Of a stretch of DNA of 64,000 bases, positions 1 to 9,404 are shown piece by piece; the first letter of the stretch is position 1, and every line of letters starts with the position of its first letter. The translations under genes were made by a program, and so were the position numbers. This stretch comes from a virus, in the IMG/VR virus record IMGVR_UViG_3300049811_000333, positions 1 to 64,000 of that record. One strand, written 5' to 3'. The notes below the pieces were generated by a model, which was not told the origin of the DNA, did no database searches, and was given only the letters and a program-made list of their open reading frames with translations.

Positions 1-1
1 C

Positions 2-1186
2 TACTTCCGCGATGCCAAGCATGCCGAGATCGGTGACGACGAGACCTCCTGGTGCGCCGCGTTTGTCGGCGCGATGCTGGAGCGGTCCGGGGTTGTTTCG
101 ACTCGCTCCTTGCTGGCCCGCTCCTACCTGGAATGGGGCACCAAGGTCACCGACCCCAAGCCCGGCGACATTGTCGTCTTCAAGCGCGGGGACTCGTCCT
201 GGCAGGGCCACGTCGCCCTCTTCCTCTACGAGAAGGACGGCAAGATCTACCACCTGGGTGGGAACCAGAGCAACGCGGTCACCATTGGCGCGACCTCCAA
301 GTCGAAGCTCCTGGGATACCGTCGCCCGAAGACGGTGACCCCGGCCGCGGTCGAGAAGATGGACGAGGCCATGATCAAGGCTCTGGACATCCTCCAGACC
401 CCGAAGAGCGCCATCACGCTGTCCGAGTTTGCCCTCTTTACCGGCCAGACCCTGACCGATGAGAACCGGGTCGAGATCCGCGGCAACCGCGATGCCATGA
501 CCCCGGAGCGCTTCCGCCAGATCGTGGCCAAGAACTACTGGGCCCAGATCTCCGGACCGAAGCTCCCCTTCGAGCACGGCGTCTTCGCCCTCGATACTGC
601 TCTTGCTCACGGAGCTCAAAAAACCCGCCTCATGATCCAGCGGGCTATAGGGGTAGCGGCCGATGGCATCATCGGCCCTAAAACGATCTCCACGGCCAAG
701 GCAATGGCCCCTTCCAAGTTCATCGACGCCATGATCCGGGAGCGCGAAGCCCTCCTGAAGTCCTCCGAGGACTGGGATCTCAAGGCCCCGACCTGGAAGC
801 AGTCCATGGCCGCCCTGAAGGCCAAGCTCCTGCCGCCCGCCACGGCGGCCCCTGAACCCCCGGCTGTCGCGGCTGAAGCCGCGCCGCCTCCCATCCCAAA
901 ACCAACCCCTACCACGGAGAAGAAGATGTCTGAGACCCCTGTTCCGGCCACGCCGGATTACAAGCCCTGGACCCAGTCGCTGACGATCTGGGGCACCATC
1001 GTCACGTTCGCGTCCACCGTTCTTCCGGCCCTCGCCCAGATGATGGGCTGGGATATCTCCGCTGGCGACGTCCAGTCGGTCGGCACGGGCGTCACCACGG
1101 CCATCCAGGCCATCGGCGGCGTGATCGGCACGGTCATGGCCATCATTGGCCGCACGAAGGCAACGGTTCCGGTGAAGTTCCTCTAA
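2..1186 (+). CDS. Multidomain endolysin, 5'-truncated: TIGR02594-like NlpC/CHAP-type domain, GH108/PG-binding-like region, Pro linker, C-terminal membrane domain
   Basis: Frame is open from nt 2 (YFRDAKHAEIGDDETSWCAAFV); motifs GDIVVF..GHVA..LGGNQS and ALDTALAHG..IQRAIGVAADGIIGPKT; hydrophobic C-terminus. Confidence 0.85.
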   Translation, partial: YFRDAKHAEIGDDETSWCAAFVGAMLERSGVVSTRSLLARSYLEWGTKVTDPKPGDIVVFKRGDSSWQGHVALFLYEKDGKIYHLGGNQSNAVTIGATSKSKLLGYRRPKTVTPAAVEKMDEAMIKALDILQTPKSAITLSEFALFTGQTLTDENRVEIRGNRDAMTPERFRQIVAKNYWAQISGPKLPFEHGVFALDTALAHGAQKTRLMIQRAIGVAADGIIGPKTISTAKAMAPSKFIDAMIREREALLKSSEDWDLKAPTWKQSMAALKAKLLPPATAAPEPPAVAAEAAPPPIPKPTPTTEKKMSETPVPATPDYKPWTQSLTIWGTIVTFASTVLPALAQMMGWDISAGDVQSVGTGVTTAIQAIGGVIGTVMAIIGRTKATVPVKFL

Positions 1187-1275
1187 CCGAGGAGTTTGCA
1201 TGAAGGATCGCGGGCGGGCGGCTCCAGTCCGGAGCCGCCGCTACCGAAGAGAACTCAAGTCCGAGGGGGACAAGG

Positions 1276-2160
1276 GTGCAAGAATTCCAAGTGGAAGACC
1301 TGCCGAGCCATTACCCGACAGTCCAGGAGCTCCTGGCCCGCCGGAAGGAAGAGTTCGCCAGAAAAGAAAGCGCAACGGTAGCGCGAAAGCTCGTCCCGGT
1401 AAGGGTTACGGTCGATGGGCCTTACGGTATCGCGCATTTTGGCGATCCGCACGTCGACGACCCAGGGACGGATATAGCCCTCCTCGAACGGCACGTATCC
1501 GCCGTCTCGAAGACGTATGGTCTCTTCGCCGGAAATATCGGCGACATGCACAACAACTGGGTGGGGAAGCTGGCTCGCCTTTACTCGAAACAGGAGACCA
1601 CGGCTCGTGAGAGTTGGCTCCTGGTTGAGTGGCTGATGAAGTCCATGCCCTGGCTCTACGTTGTGTTCGGGAACCATGACCTCTGGTCCGGCGATGGCGA
1701 TCCTCTCGACTACATGATGAAGGGGACCCCTGGCGTCAACGGCGCCTACGGGGTTCGCCTGAACCTGGTGAGCCCGAATGGGTCTGGGGTGCGCGTCAAC
1801 GCTCGCCACGACTTCCACGGCAACTCGATGTGGAACACCGTCCATGGACCGCTGAAGGCGGCCAAGATGGGCTGGCGCGACCACATCCTGATCTGCGGCC
1901 ACAAGCACACCTCCGGGTATGCCATCGAGAAGGATCCGGCCTCCGGTCTCATCTCGCACATCCTGCGCGTGGCCTCCTACAAGAAGCACGACGACTACGC
2001 CGCTGAGCTTGGGCTTCCCGACCAGTGCGCCTTCCCGTCGTGCGTCACGATTATCGATCCCGAAGAGCCGGACAACAGTGTCCGGCGCATCACGTTCTTC
2101 CCGGACGTGGAGATGGGCGCCGACTACCTCACCTGGCTGCGGCGCAAGAGAGGCTTCTGA
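1276..2160 (+). CDS. Calcineurin-like metallophosphoesterase
   Basis: GDPH, GD, GNHD, H and GHKH metal-binding motifs in the expected order. Confidence 0.85.
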   Translation: MQEFQVEDLPSHYPTVQELLARRKEEFARKESATVARKLVPVRVTVDGPYGIAHFGDPHVDDPGTDIALLERHVSAVSKTYGLFAGNIGDMHNNWVGKLARLYSKQETTARESWLLVEWLMKSMPWLYVVFGNHDLWSGDGDPLDYMMKGTPGVNGAYGVRLNLVSPNGSGVRVNARHDFHGNSMWNTVHGPLKAAKMGWRDHILICGHKHTSGYAIEKDPASGLISHILRVASYKKHDDYAAELGLPDQCAFPSCVTIIDPEEPDNSVRRITFFPDVEMGADYLTWLRRKRGF

Positions 2161-2366
2161 TGGACAAGAAGATCCTTGCCCATCTTGCGAGCCTGACGAA
2201 ATCTGGAATGACAGTGAAGGCTCATCGGATGGGCGACATCATCGACGACCTTGAAGAGCTCTCAAACTATGTGGAGGGAGAAGAGATCTCCATCCTAGAG
2301 AGAGCCATCAAGGAGATCCTGGAGCTCCGTTTGCAGGTTGCAAACATGGAGACGAAGCTGCTCTGA
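2160..2366 (+). CDS. Hypothetical protein (MDKKILAHL...)
   Basis: TGATG coupling to the upstream gene; followed by a terminator. Confidence 0.6.
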   Translation: MDKKILAHLASLTKSGMTVKAHRMGDIIDDLEELSNYVEGEEISILERAIKEILELRLQVANMETKLL

Positions 2367-2760
2367 CAGGGGGCCCGGTTCGCGCCGGGCCCCTTTTTTT
2401 GTGCATTTTTCTGGCAATCAAACCTTCGCGCTGCGCCTTGTTCCGGCACGCTCTTGGGGTCCGCCCAACGCGGGCCGCGATCTCGGACCATGAGATTTCG
2501 GCCTTGGGATCATCGCCGACAAGTTGCCTCAGGTAGACGACCTCATCGTCCCTCCAGATCTGGACGGGCAGGTTCAGGTGGCCAAGAGATTTAGGCCTGT
2601 CGACGGGGAGGCCAAGGGTCAGCTTCCGGCGCATATTCTTGATGGCGGCTAGCGACCGGCCCGTAATCTTCGCCAGGATCGAGTTGGGGAGATGGAGGTT
2701 CTCCCGGAGCTCCACGAGCTCCTTCTTCGTCCAGTGCTTCCAGTGCCGAGATTGACGCAT
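2308..2760 (-). CDS. Tandem Myb/GcrA-like HTH DNA-binding protein
   Basis: Two repeats: WTKKE..L..LAKITGRSLAAI and WRDDE..SWSEIAARVGRTPRAC. Confidence 0.65.
   Translation of the reverse strand: MRQSRHWKHWTKKELVELRENLHLPNSILAKITGRSLAAIKNMRRKLTLGLPVDRPKSLGHLNLPVQIWRDDEVVYLRQLVGDDPKAEISWSEIAARVGRTPRACRNKAQREGLIARKMHKKRGPARTGPPVRAASSPCLQPANGAPGSP
2368..2400 (+). terminator. Rho-independent terminator
   Basis: GGGGCCCGG/CCGGGCCCC stem plus T7, at a convergence of operons. Confidence 0.85.
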
Positions 2761-3055
2761 ACCCTATCTGCACTCCCTTACGCGTTGCCTTATCGATCAG
2801 CGGCATATCCGGCCAGGGGAAGGCCAGGACGTATCCGGGATTGAGCCGGAAGGCCTCTGTCGCCGTGCGGACGGGCGTGTCCTCACGCACCGTCCGGAAC
2901 TTCACCTCGTTGTCCTCTGCCCAGAAGCGCGCCCAGAGCTCAGCACGGGGTCCGCCACACTCGATCACCATGGAGACGGGGGTGATGGCATGGATCACAT
3001 CGAGGGCCGCGTACACCATCTCCTCATCGGCGTCCCCCGTCACAAGGACCCTCAT
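2591..3055 (-). CDS. DUF2493/SLOG-like protein
   Basis: MRVLVTG..ALD..VIECGGPRAE.WA..WA..LAFP pattern. Confidence 0.6.
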   Translation of the reverse strand: MRVLVTGDADEEMVYAALDVIHAITPVSMVIECGGPRAELWARFWAEDNEVKFRTVREDTPVRTATEAFRLNPGYVLAFPWPDMPLIDKATRKGVQIGYASISALEALDEEGARGAPGEPPSPQLDPGEDYGPVASRHQEYAPEADPWPPRRQA

Positions 3056-3603
3056 GCGGCCAGAGAAATCAGTTGGGCATGAACCGTGTGCGGCTTCTCA
3101 AGAAGATCACGCTTGATTTCCGCCTCACGCATCGGCTGCTGGACCTTGAGGATCTGCTCCATCAGTTCCTGGACAGAGGCTTCCGGAAGCAGAATGCCCC
3201 TGGCCCGAGCCGAAGCGAAGTGGACTAGGTCCGCTAGGCTCTTGCGCTCGCTCTGCACGTACTGCGGGAAGGGGTCGATGGGGTCCATAGCGAAATAGTT
3301 CTCTGTCGGGACCTTCCCGCGGATCGCCTCGATGATGATTTTCTGGGAGACCATGCGCAAGGGCACCACCGGAAGCCGATCTGGCCGCGGGCCACAGTGC
3401 GCGTGCATCTGATAGTCCCAATCGATCCCCTCCGACAATCCGTACATGCCGCCCAGTTCATGCCGGATCGCGATGCGCATCCGGCAGTTCATCACATCCT
3501 GCTCGGCCGAGATGTCCCATCCCGCCCTGGCAAGGCTGAGGGTGTCTGTTTCAAAGCCTGCCCAGTGGAGCCGGACCGGCGCCGAGAGCACGCGATAGTT
3601 CAT
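3052..3603 (-). CDS. Hypothetical protein
   Basis: 183-aa ORF, translationally coupled to neighbours. Confidence 0.7.
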   Translation of the reverse strand: MNYRVLSAPVRLHWAGFETDTLSLARAGWDISAEQDVMNCRMRIAIRHELGGMYGLSEGIDWDYQMHAHCGPRPDRLPVVPLRMVSQKIIIEAIRGKVPTENYFAMDPIDPFPQYVQSERKSLADLVHFASARARGILLPEASVQELMEQILKVQQPMREAEIKRDLLEKPHTVHAQLISLAA

Positions 3604-3776
3604 CAGGTCCCGATGTCCCGGAGGATGGCCTGGTATTCGAGCTTCAGATTGGCGAGCACGCGCTCGGCATCCGAGATCAGCTTCAGATGCTTCTTGATCT
3701 TGTCCTTGGCCGCCCGCGAGCGCTCTTCCACAAGCTCTTTCTGGGCTTCGGTCTCAATCTGCTTAATGTCGAACAT
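3603..3776 (-). CDS. Small coiled-coil protein (MFDIKQIETE...)
   Basis: 57-aa ORF read manually; GGAGG RBS. Confidence 0.65.
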   Translation of the reverse strand: MFDIKQIETEAQKELVEERSRAAKDKIKKHLKLISDAERVLANLKLEYQAILRDIGT

Positions 3777-3905
3777 TACTGACCTCCTTTACGCTTGATG
3801 ATGCCGTTGAGAATGGTGATGGCATGCGCCATCAGCGCCCTCTCTTTCGGGTCCGTCTCCTTTTCCAGGTCCCGCAGGAGGCGGTCCCTGGTCTTCTCCA
3901 GATCC

Positions 3906-4163
3906 TTAGTCTTCATTCTCAATGGCCAGCCACGCCTTCATGACGACGGCTTCCTCTTCCGGGTCCAGGCCACCACCGCGCGTCACGACGGACTGAGGGT
4001 TAGCCAGGAGATTAAGAAGGGCGATGAGATGCGTTCGGTACAGGAGCGCCTTGGCCTTCCAGGCCAGGACCTGGGACTTGCTGGCGCTGGTCATCAGCGT
4101 TTCGACGCCATCGTCCCGGAGCCCCTCGATGAAGTTCTTCACCTCTTCGAGAGCCCCGGCCAT
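3906..4163 (-). CDS. Hypothetical protein
   Basis: Internal ATG (MAGALEEV) of the 170-aa ORF fits operon packing. Confidence 0.5.
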   Translation of the reverse strand: MAGALEEVKNFIEGLRDDGVETLMTSASKSQVLAWKAKALLYRTHLIALLNLLANPQSVVTRGGGLDPEEEAVVMKAWLAIENED

Positions 4164-4168
4164 GACCG

Positions 4169-4432
4169 TCAGCTGGCTTTGCGGGCCCGGGACTTTTTCG
4201 GCTGTCGCGCGCGCAACGAGGAGCTTTTTGCGATCCGTTTCTGCGCCGCTTCCCGCTTGGCCTGCTCCAGGTGCTTGACTGGGAGCAGCCTCCGGATGTC
4301 CTGGGCCTGGCACCACAGCATCACCGATAGGGCCTCGGCCTCCTCGTGCGTCAGCCTGCCGCCAGTTGGAATACTGACCTCCACGAATAGGAGATCTGTG
4401 TCCTCCACCACCTTGCATCCGAAGTCCCTCAT
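4169..4432 (-). CDS. Hypothetical protein
   Basis: 87-aa ORF coupled to the upstream ORF. Confidence 0.55.
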   Translation of the reverse strand: MRDFGCKVVEDTDLLFVEVSIPTGGRLTHEEAEALSVMLWCQAQDIRRLLPVKHLEQAKREAAQKRIAKSSSLRARQPKKSRARKAS

Positions 4433-4644
4433 TTCTGCAGCGCCGCCAAAATGGCTCGAATTCCGATCTTGATCAGGGCGAACCGGCTGACCGGCCAGGC
4501 GATCCGCTCCTGCTTGTCCAGGTGATCCACGTACAGGTAGGTGTCGTGGTAATAGATGGCTGGGCCCTGGGGGTCCCAGTAGATGATCCTCATGTCCGGG
4601 GAGGTGCCTTTTGCGGCGTTCTCAGGTCCAGCGCTATCCGACAT
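4429..4644 (-). CDS. Hypothetical protein
   Basis: 71-aa ORF, operon packing. Confidence 0.5.
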   Translation of the reverse strand: MSDSAGPENAAKGTSPDMRIIYWDPQGPAIYYHDTYLYVDHLDKQERIAWPVSRFALIKIGIRAILAALQK

Positions 4645-5157
4645 CGGCGTCTCAAAATCCCGTTAAAACCGACCCCCGCGGTCAGCCCCAGCGCTTGATG
4701 ATCGGATCCTCCACCGAGCGCCCAGAAACCCAGTCGAGGATGGGCTTGTGGATCGCCTGATGATAAATCCGGAAACAGTCGATGAAGCTCGCGTGCGTAG
4801 CGCCCAGGGGGAAGCACGGGGTCTCCCCCCATCTCGTCGGCGTCCCACTGGCGTCGAAGACAACCCAGAAGATAGCGTACCCTCGGACCCATGCCTTCCC
4901 CTCCACACTCATCCGCATGACGCGGTAGTCGACATTTTCTCCGGGTTCCGGCGGACGGTGCCGCTCAGAACCTGAGTAGGTAGACGATGAGCCACTCAAG
5001 CTCGCCGCGATCTGCTGCAGAAAGGTATCGTCTGAGACTGTCATGGGTGAGTTGACACAGGTCCGCTTTGATGGTTTCGCCGCGATAGTCGGCATCAACA
5101 AAGACCCCTGTCCGCTCATCTACGCGCGCGTAGAGCCGTCGAGGGTCAACCGTGTAC

Positions 5158-5355
5158 TCAGCCGCCGTTGACGGTGACATAAAGGATCCCTCCAGCCCCG
5201 AACGACATCAGCCCGAAGCCAATCGTGTTCAGAATGGACGTGAAGTGAGACAGGTCGCCCTGGGTCAGGGCCGCGCCGATGGTGGCAGCGGCGGACGCCA
5301 TGATGGCGACAACCCCGGCCACGGATGCGTAAATGGAGATGGTCTCGATGTTCAT
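5158..5355 (-). CDS. Small membrane protein
   Basis: Two hydrophobic segments. Confidence 0.55.
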   Translation of the reverse strand: MNIETISIYASVAGVVAIMASAAATIGAALTQGDLSHFTSILNTIGFGLMSFGAGGILYVTVNGG

Positions 5356-5425
5356 TTTCTTACCTTTGAAAGAAGCGGGGAGGACGCCACATCCCTCTAG
5401 CGCCCTCCCCTTCAGCGGCCGAGTA

Positions 5426-5902
5426 TTACCCGGCTCCCCCGCTGCTCAATTGGAGGACCTTGATCTCCTCCTTGACGAAGTCGGCGGCACGCTCAAGCCA
5501 TGCGCACCGCAAATAAAAGTCGGTCTGATTGGCGATAGCAATCACGACGCAGGTGTAGGCCGTGGCGATCATGTTGCTGACGCCGAACTCTTCCCGGATG
5601 GTGTCGTAGTTGTAGGCCTCTTGCGACGGCACTTCCGTCCGCAGCGGGCCAACATCCGGACGCATGGCGCGCTTGAGATACCAGATGGCTTTCTGGAGAT
5701 CCTCAATGTTGCCCTTGTTGGGGGCGCGCATGATGTACTTGATGACGTTGCCCATGTGGGCCCCGCACCGCAGCCGCTCGATCACGTTGATGACCTGGAG
5801 CGTCTTGCCCTGGTAATGGGCGGGGCTGTTCACGGGATCATGGGCCGGGGTTTCCCCCGGACCCACGGTCCCAGTGCTCGGCTGCGAAATGTGCATGTCC
5901 AT
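5426..5902 (-). CDS. DUF3310 (SaV-like) domain protein
   Basis: DPVNSPAHY..GNVIKYIMRA..K..EDLQKAIWYL; start uncertain. Confidence 0.85.
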   Translation of the reverse strand: MDMHISQPSTGTVGPGETPAHDPVNSPAHYQGKTLQVINVIERLRCGAHMGNVIKYIMRAPNKGNIEDLQKAIWYLKRAMRPDVGPLRTEVPSQEAYNYDTIREEFGVSNMIATAYTCVVIAIANQTDFYLRCAWLERAADFVKEEIKVLQLSSGGAG

Positions 5903-5928
5903 GTGCATACCCCGTGTGTATACGGAAG

Positions 5929-6243
5929 TCAAGCAGAAACGGCAACGAAATCGAAGGAAAAGTCGGCCCCGTCGCCCTCTTTGAAGCAGGTCACGCACAA
6001 CCCGCCAGCGGCGACCCTGGCCTCGCTGCCAGGCTCGGCGCTCTGGTAGGCCTCAGCCGCCAAGTCTCGCAGCTGGGCCCGGATTTCCGCTGCACAAGGG
6101 ATGCCGTCCGGGTTCACTTCCGCAGACACCCAGACCCATTTCAGGAACTCGTAGACCCGGGCTGCCTTCTCAGCGTCGAACCAGTCCAGAGTGCTCTCCA
6201 GCTTGTTGCGAACGTGAACCGGCAGTGTGTCCAGAGCCGTCAT
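5929..6243 (-). CDS. Hypothetical protein
   Basis: 104-aa ORF. Confidence 0.6.
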   Translation of the reverse strand: MTALDTLPVHVRNKLESTLDWFDAEKAARVYEFLKWVWVSAEVNPDGIPCAAEIRAQLRDLAAEAYQSAEPGSEARVAAGGLCVTCFKEGDGADFSFDFVAVSA

Positions 6244-6259
6244 GGCTTAAGTCCTTGGA

Positions 6260-6706
6260 TCAGAAGGGAATTTCGTCGTCCACCTCGTCCTCGTCGTAGC
6301 GCTTCTTGCGTGTCGAGGGCTTATCGGCGGACTTGGCCTTGCGGGCCGGACGATCATCGTCATCGTCATCCCGGCCCCGCTTCTTGGGCGCTGGGGCCGG
6401 GGCAAGGACCCCATTCCAGTCGTCGGCGACGAGCTCGGTCGAGTACCGATCATTGCCGTCCTTGTCTTCCCACTTGCGGGTGACCATCTTGCCGACCACC
6501 ACGACGCGGTCGCCCTTCTCCAGGGACTCGGCCGTCAGGGCGTTTTGCCCCCAGGCCACGACGTTGTACCAGTGGGTGATCGGATCCTGATCCTTGCCGC
6601 GGTACTCGTTCACGGCGACGGCCAGATTGGCCACCGACGATCCGTTCTTCGTGGCCCGGACCTCCGGGTCGCGGCCCAGGTTACCGATAATGGTTGTGAC
6701 GTGCAT
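6260..6706 (-). CDS. ssb: Single-stranded DNA-binding protein
   Basis: IIGNLGRDPEVR, KGDRVVVVGK..TRKWEDKDG, C-terminal DDEIPF. Confidence 0.97.
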   Translation of the reverse strand: MHVTTIIGNLGRDPEVRATKNGSSVANLAVAVNEYRGKDQDPITHWYNVVAWGQNALTAESLEKGDRVVVVGKMVTRKWEDKDGNDRYSTELVADDWNGVLAPAPAPKKRGRDDDDDDRPARKAKSADKPSTRKKRYDEDEVDDEIPF

Positions 6707-6715
6707 GTGGTCCTC

Positions 6716-7018
6716 TTAGGCAGCGCGGTTGGAAATGAGCATGCTCTCAAGGGCGGAGATGCGGGCCTCCAGCGCCGTGATGTCATTGCGGAGGGTTGCG
6801 GACCGGGCCGGACGGCCAGGGCCGCCACCGCGCACCACCTTCACATGCTTGAAGGCGCTCTTGCGGACAGCCCGGACATTGCTGACGTCCACGCCAAGCT
6901 CACGCGCAATGCGCGCATCGCTCCAGCCATGGGCGTAGGTCTCCACGCCGTTTTCGTTGACGAGAACCTCCTCGATGCGGGAGGCAATCTTGAACTTCGC
7001 TCTCAGGTCGATCTTCAT
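6716..7018 (-). CDS. HTH plus coiled-coil protein
   Basis: WSDARIARELGV..VRAVRK. Confidence 0.6.
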   Translation of the reverse strand: MKIDLRAKFKIASRIEEVLVNENGVETYAHGWSDARIARELGVDVSNVRAVRKSAFKHVKVVRGGGPGRPARSATLRNDITALEARISALESMLISNRAA

Positions 7019-7046
7019 GCGGGGGACTCCTGTGTTAATACCTGAC

Positions 7047-7076
7047 GTATTTACGCCCCAGAATTCTGGTTGTCAA
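7047..7076 (-). promoter_or_regulatory. Sigma70-type promoter
   Basis: TTGACA-N17-TAAATA on the minus strand. Confidence 0.6.
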
Positions 7077-7257
7077 CACCCTTGTCGTCTTTTTTGTCTT
7101 CGAAGTGCGCCGCCGCAATCAGCGTGAACACCACAATCAAAAACAGGATGCCAGCAAAGCCGAAGGCGTAGGCCAGCCAGCCGACAAACGAAACCCCGGC
7201 CGTCGCGTAAAGCGCGGTGGCCTTCTGCTTATTCGATGCGTCCCAAATCAGCTTCAT
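7051..7257 (-). CDS. Small membrane protein
   Basis: MKLIWD..., long hydrophobic stretch. Confidence 0.55.
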   Translation of the reverse strand: MKLIWDASNKQKATALYATAGVSFVGWLAYAFGFAGILFLIVVFTLIAAAHFEDKKDDKGVDNQNSGA

Positions 7258-7443
7258 GTTGCTCCCTCTCGATGTCCTCCAGGCTGAGCAATTGCCCCCG
7301 CCTAAGATACCCCGTAAACGGCCCGCCAACGATGCAGCGCCCTGTCCGGGGGCCCTTCGTATAAAGCCAGCACTTTCGGCAACACGGGCACTTCCATTCC
7401 CGGACCTCTTCTCCCGGGATGGTGCAGTGTTGCCGCCCATCAT

Positions 7444-7827
7444 TCACAGCGACCTCGCACTCAGACAAACCTTGCGCATGCCGTCCTCAATCTCAGCGGG
7501 CGACTTCCCGCTGGCCAGAAAGCGCTCGTAGGTGTCGTGGAGGGCAATGCAGACGGCAATGGGATTGATCCCGTGCTGCTCCCACCACGCCTTCTCATTG
7601 TTGGCGTGCTGAGATCTCGTGCCCCACATATGCTCTTCCGGGGTCAGAGGGAGGACCCAGCAGTCGCTGGGCTTCTCCCCCATGCCGGTGTGCGGCTTGC
7701 CGAGTTCAAGATCGCCATAACGAATATGCGCGACATGAACCGGCGTGCGCCCGGAGATCACGGATGGCATCTTGGCCACCATCCCCAGGTACTTCGAGTT
7801 CCGCTCGCGCGGCTTTCTCTGACGCAT
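7444..7827 (-). CDS. DUF968-like (HNH-related) protein
   Basis: YL..V..MPSVISG..AHIR..GMGEKPSD.W.LPL..EEH. Confidence 0.75.
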   Translation of the reverse strand: MRQRKPRERNSKYLGMVAKMPSVISGRTPVHVAHIRYGDLELGKPHTGMGEKPSDCWVLPLTPEEHMWGTRSQHANNEKAWWEQHGINPIAVCIALHDTYERFLASGKSPAEIEDGMRKVCLSARSL

Positions 7828-8240
7828 CAGTGAGGCTTCCCGGCTGGGACGTCGAACCCGTTGATGCCGCGCGCAGCCTCAATCAACTCGCGCGGCGGAT
7901 CGAGCTCGGCGTCAAGATAGTCTTCGGCGTCTGCGATAATCACGGCGATGGCGGAGACCGTGTTGCACACGGCCTCCTCATCATCGAAAAACGCCAGCGT
8001 CCCCGTCAGGACAGAGCTCAACACCCTGGCGATGGTGATGCACGCCACCCCATGGAGGCCGCGTGCATATTCCTCGTCAGGCTGCTTCTGAATGATCTCC
8101 ATCTCTGCCCACCACGCATCAATGATGTCCGCCGCCTTGTTGGCAGCGTCGATGCGAAACCTGGCTCCGGGTTGGTCCGGGTCCAGCGTTGCGACCACCT
8201 CTCTCAGTGCCGTACCCGGTGCCGTCATTTCAGCCCTCAT
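7827..8240 (-). CDS. Hypothetical protein
   Basis: 137-aa ORF, coupled. Confidence 0.6.
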   Translation of the reverse strand: MRAEMTAPGTALREVVATLDPDQPGARFRIDAANKAADIIDAWWAEMEIIQKQPDEEYARGLHGVACITIARVLSSVLTGTLAFFDDEEAVCNTVSAIAVIIADAEDYLDAELDPPRELIEAARGINGFDVPAGKPH

Positions 8241-8385
8241 TCAGAACGATGTCGATCCCACGCTCTACAAGGTCTGTCGTCGTCGTGTTGGCCTTCTTGG
8301 CCTTCTTGATCAGCCCATTCTTCCGGGCTGCCGTCGTGCGAATGTGAAGAATTGCGTCCTTATGCTTCGGGCGCTTGCTGCTCAT
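8230..8385 (-). CDS. Ribbon-helix-helix-like small regulator
   Basis: 51 aa read manually: KDAILHIRTTAARKNGLIKKAKKANTTTTDLVERGI. Confidence 0.55.
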   Translation of the reverse strand: MSSKRPKHKDAILHIRTTAARKNGLIKKAKKANTTTTDLVERGIDIVLNEG

Positions 8386-9404
8386 GCCATCTCTCTCAGT
8401 TCTTTCAGGCGGGCCCGCGAAGCGGACCGCACCTTCCCCTTTGCGGGATCCGGAAGAGAAGCCAGCTTCTCCTGGTTCTTCTTCAGAAACACTTCCAGTC
8501 TCTCCGCGTCGTCGATGTTGGCGATCTTCTCCAGGATGAAGGCCAGCTTCTCGGCGTTCGTCTTGGGAGGCTCGATCACCTCGTCTTCGACTTCCTGAGC
8601 GGGGGGCTCAACAACCGTCTCGTCGTTCAGGGCCTCGATCAAGGCATGGTCCTGATTGACGTCGTCTTCGAGGGGATTGTGCTCGACGGTTTTGGTGTCG
8701 CGAATGCTGAAGTCGACCCACTGATCGTCTGCCTCGACAATGGCAGCGCCTGCGGCCGACAGCGGAACGCTCTTCGAGCCGCGACGGATCACGGTCTTGC
8801 GCGCCATCTCGCCAAACCAGGACTTCCATGCCTGGCCATCCTTCGCGCGGGAAACTCCGCGCGTTGTGTCGATCTCATCGCGCGTCATGATCTCGCGGTG
8901 AATAACCTCGTGACCATTCTTGAAGATGGCGTAGGCGGCGACGATGGCATCGCCATCACGCGAACCCGTGGGGTTAGGCTTGTGGATGATCTTTGGGTCA
9001 TCACCCAGCATAACCTCGAATGTATCCCCTTCGTAGACACAGTAGGCCGAGATCGAGGTGAGGTCGCCCAGTTCCCGCAGTCGCCGGACAAGGCCGGTTA
9101 CCATGGGCATAAATTGCGCCATCTTCTTCTTGGTCTTCCAGTCCTTGAAGATGACAATCGCGCCCTCGCGGCCATCCGGCAGGATGCCCGCGTTTGCAGC
9201 CTGCATGCAGGCGATGAGCAGCGACGAGCGGTCAGCCTGGAGGAGTTCCGGGTTTTTGATGACCGCGGTCATGACCGTAGACTTGAAGCGCGTCGGGTCA
9301 ATGTTCGGAGGAAGAACGGGAGCCCACTTATCGTGCTGCTCGACCAGCTGCGACTCAAACTTTGCAACCAATTCGTTTGCCATCAGATCACTCCAGTCCG
9401 CCAC
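8382..9404 (-). CDS. recT: RecT-family single-strand annealing protein
   Basis: SLLIACMQAA..GILPDGREG..AQFMPMVTGL..WFGEMARKTVIRR; start may be 9383. Confidence 0.95.
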   Translation of the reverse strand: MADWSDLMANELVAKFESQLVEQHDKWAPVLPPNIDPTRFKSTVMTAVIKNPELLQADRSSLLIACMQAANAGILPDGREGAIVIFKDWKTKKKMAQFMPMVTGLVRRLRELGDLTSISAYCVYEGDTFEVMLGDDPKIIHKPNPTGSRDGDAIVAAYAIFKNGHEVIHREIMTRDEIDTTRGVSRAKDGQAWKSWFGEMARKTVIRRGSKSVPLSAAGAAIVEADDQWVDFSIRDTKTVEHNPLEDDVNQDHALIEALNDETVVEPPAQEVEDEVIEPPKTNAEKLAFILEKIANIDDAERLEVFLKKNQEKLASLPDPAKGKVRSASRARLKELREMA

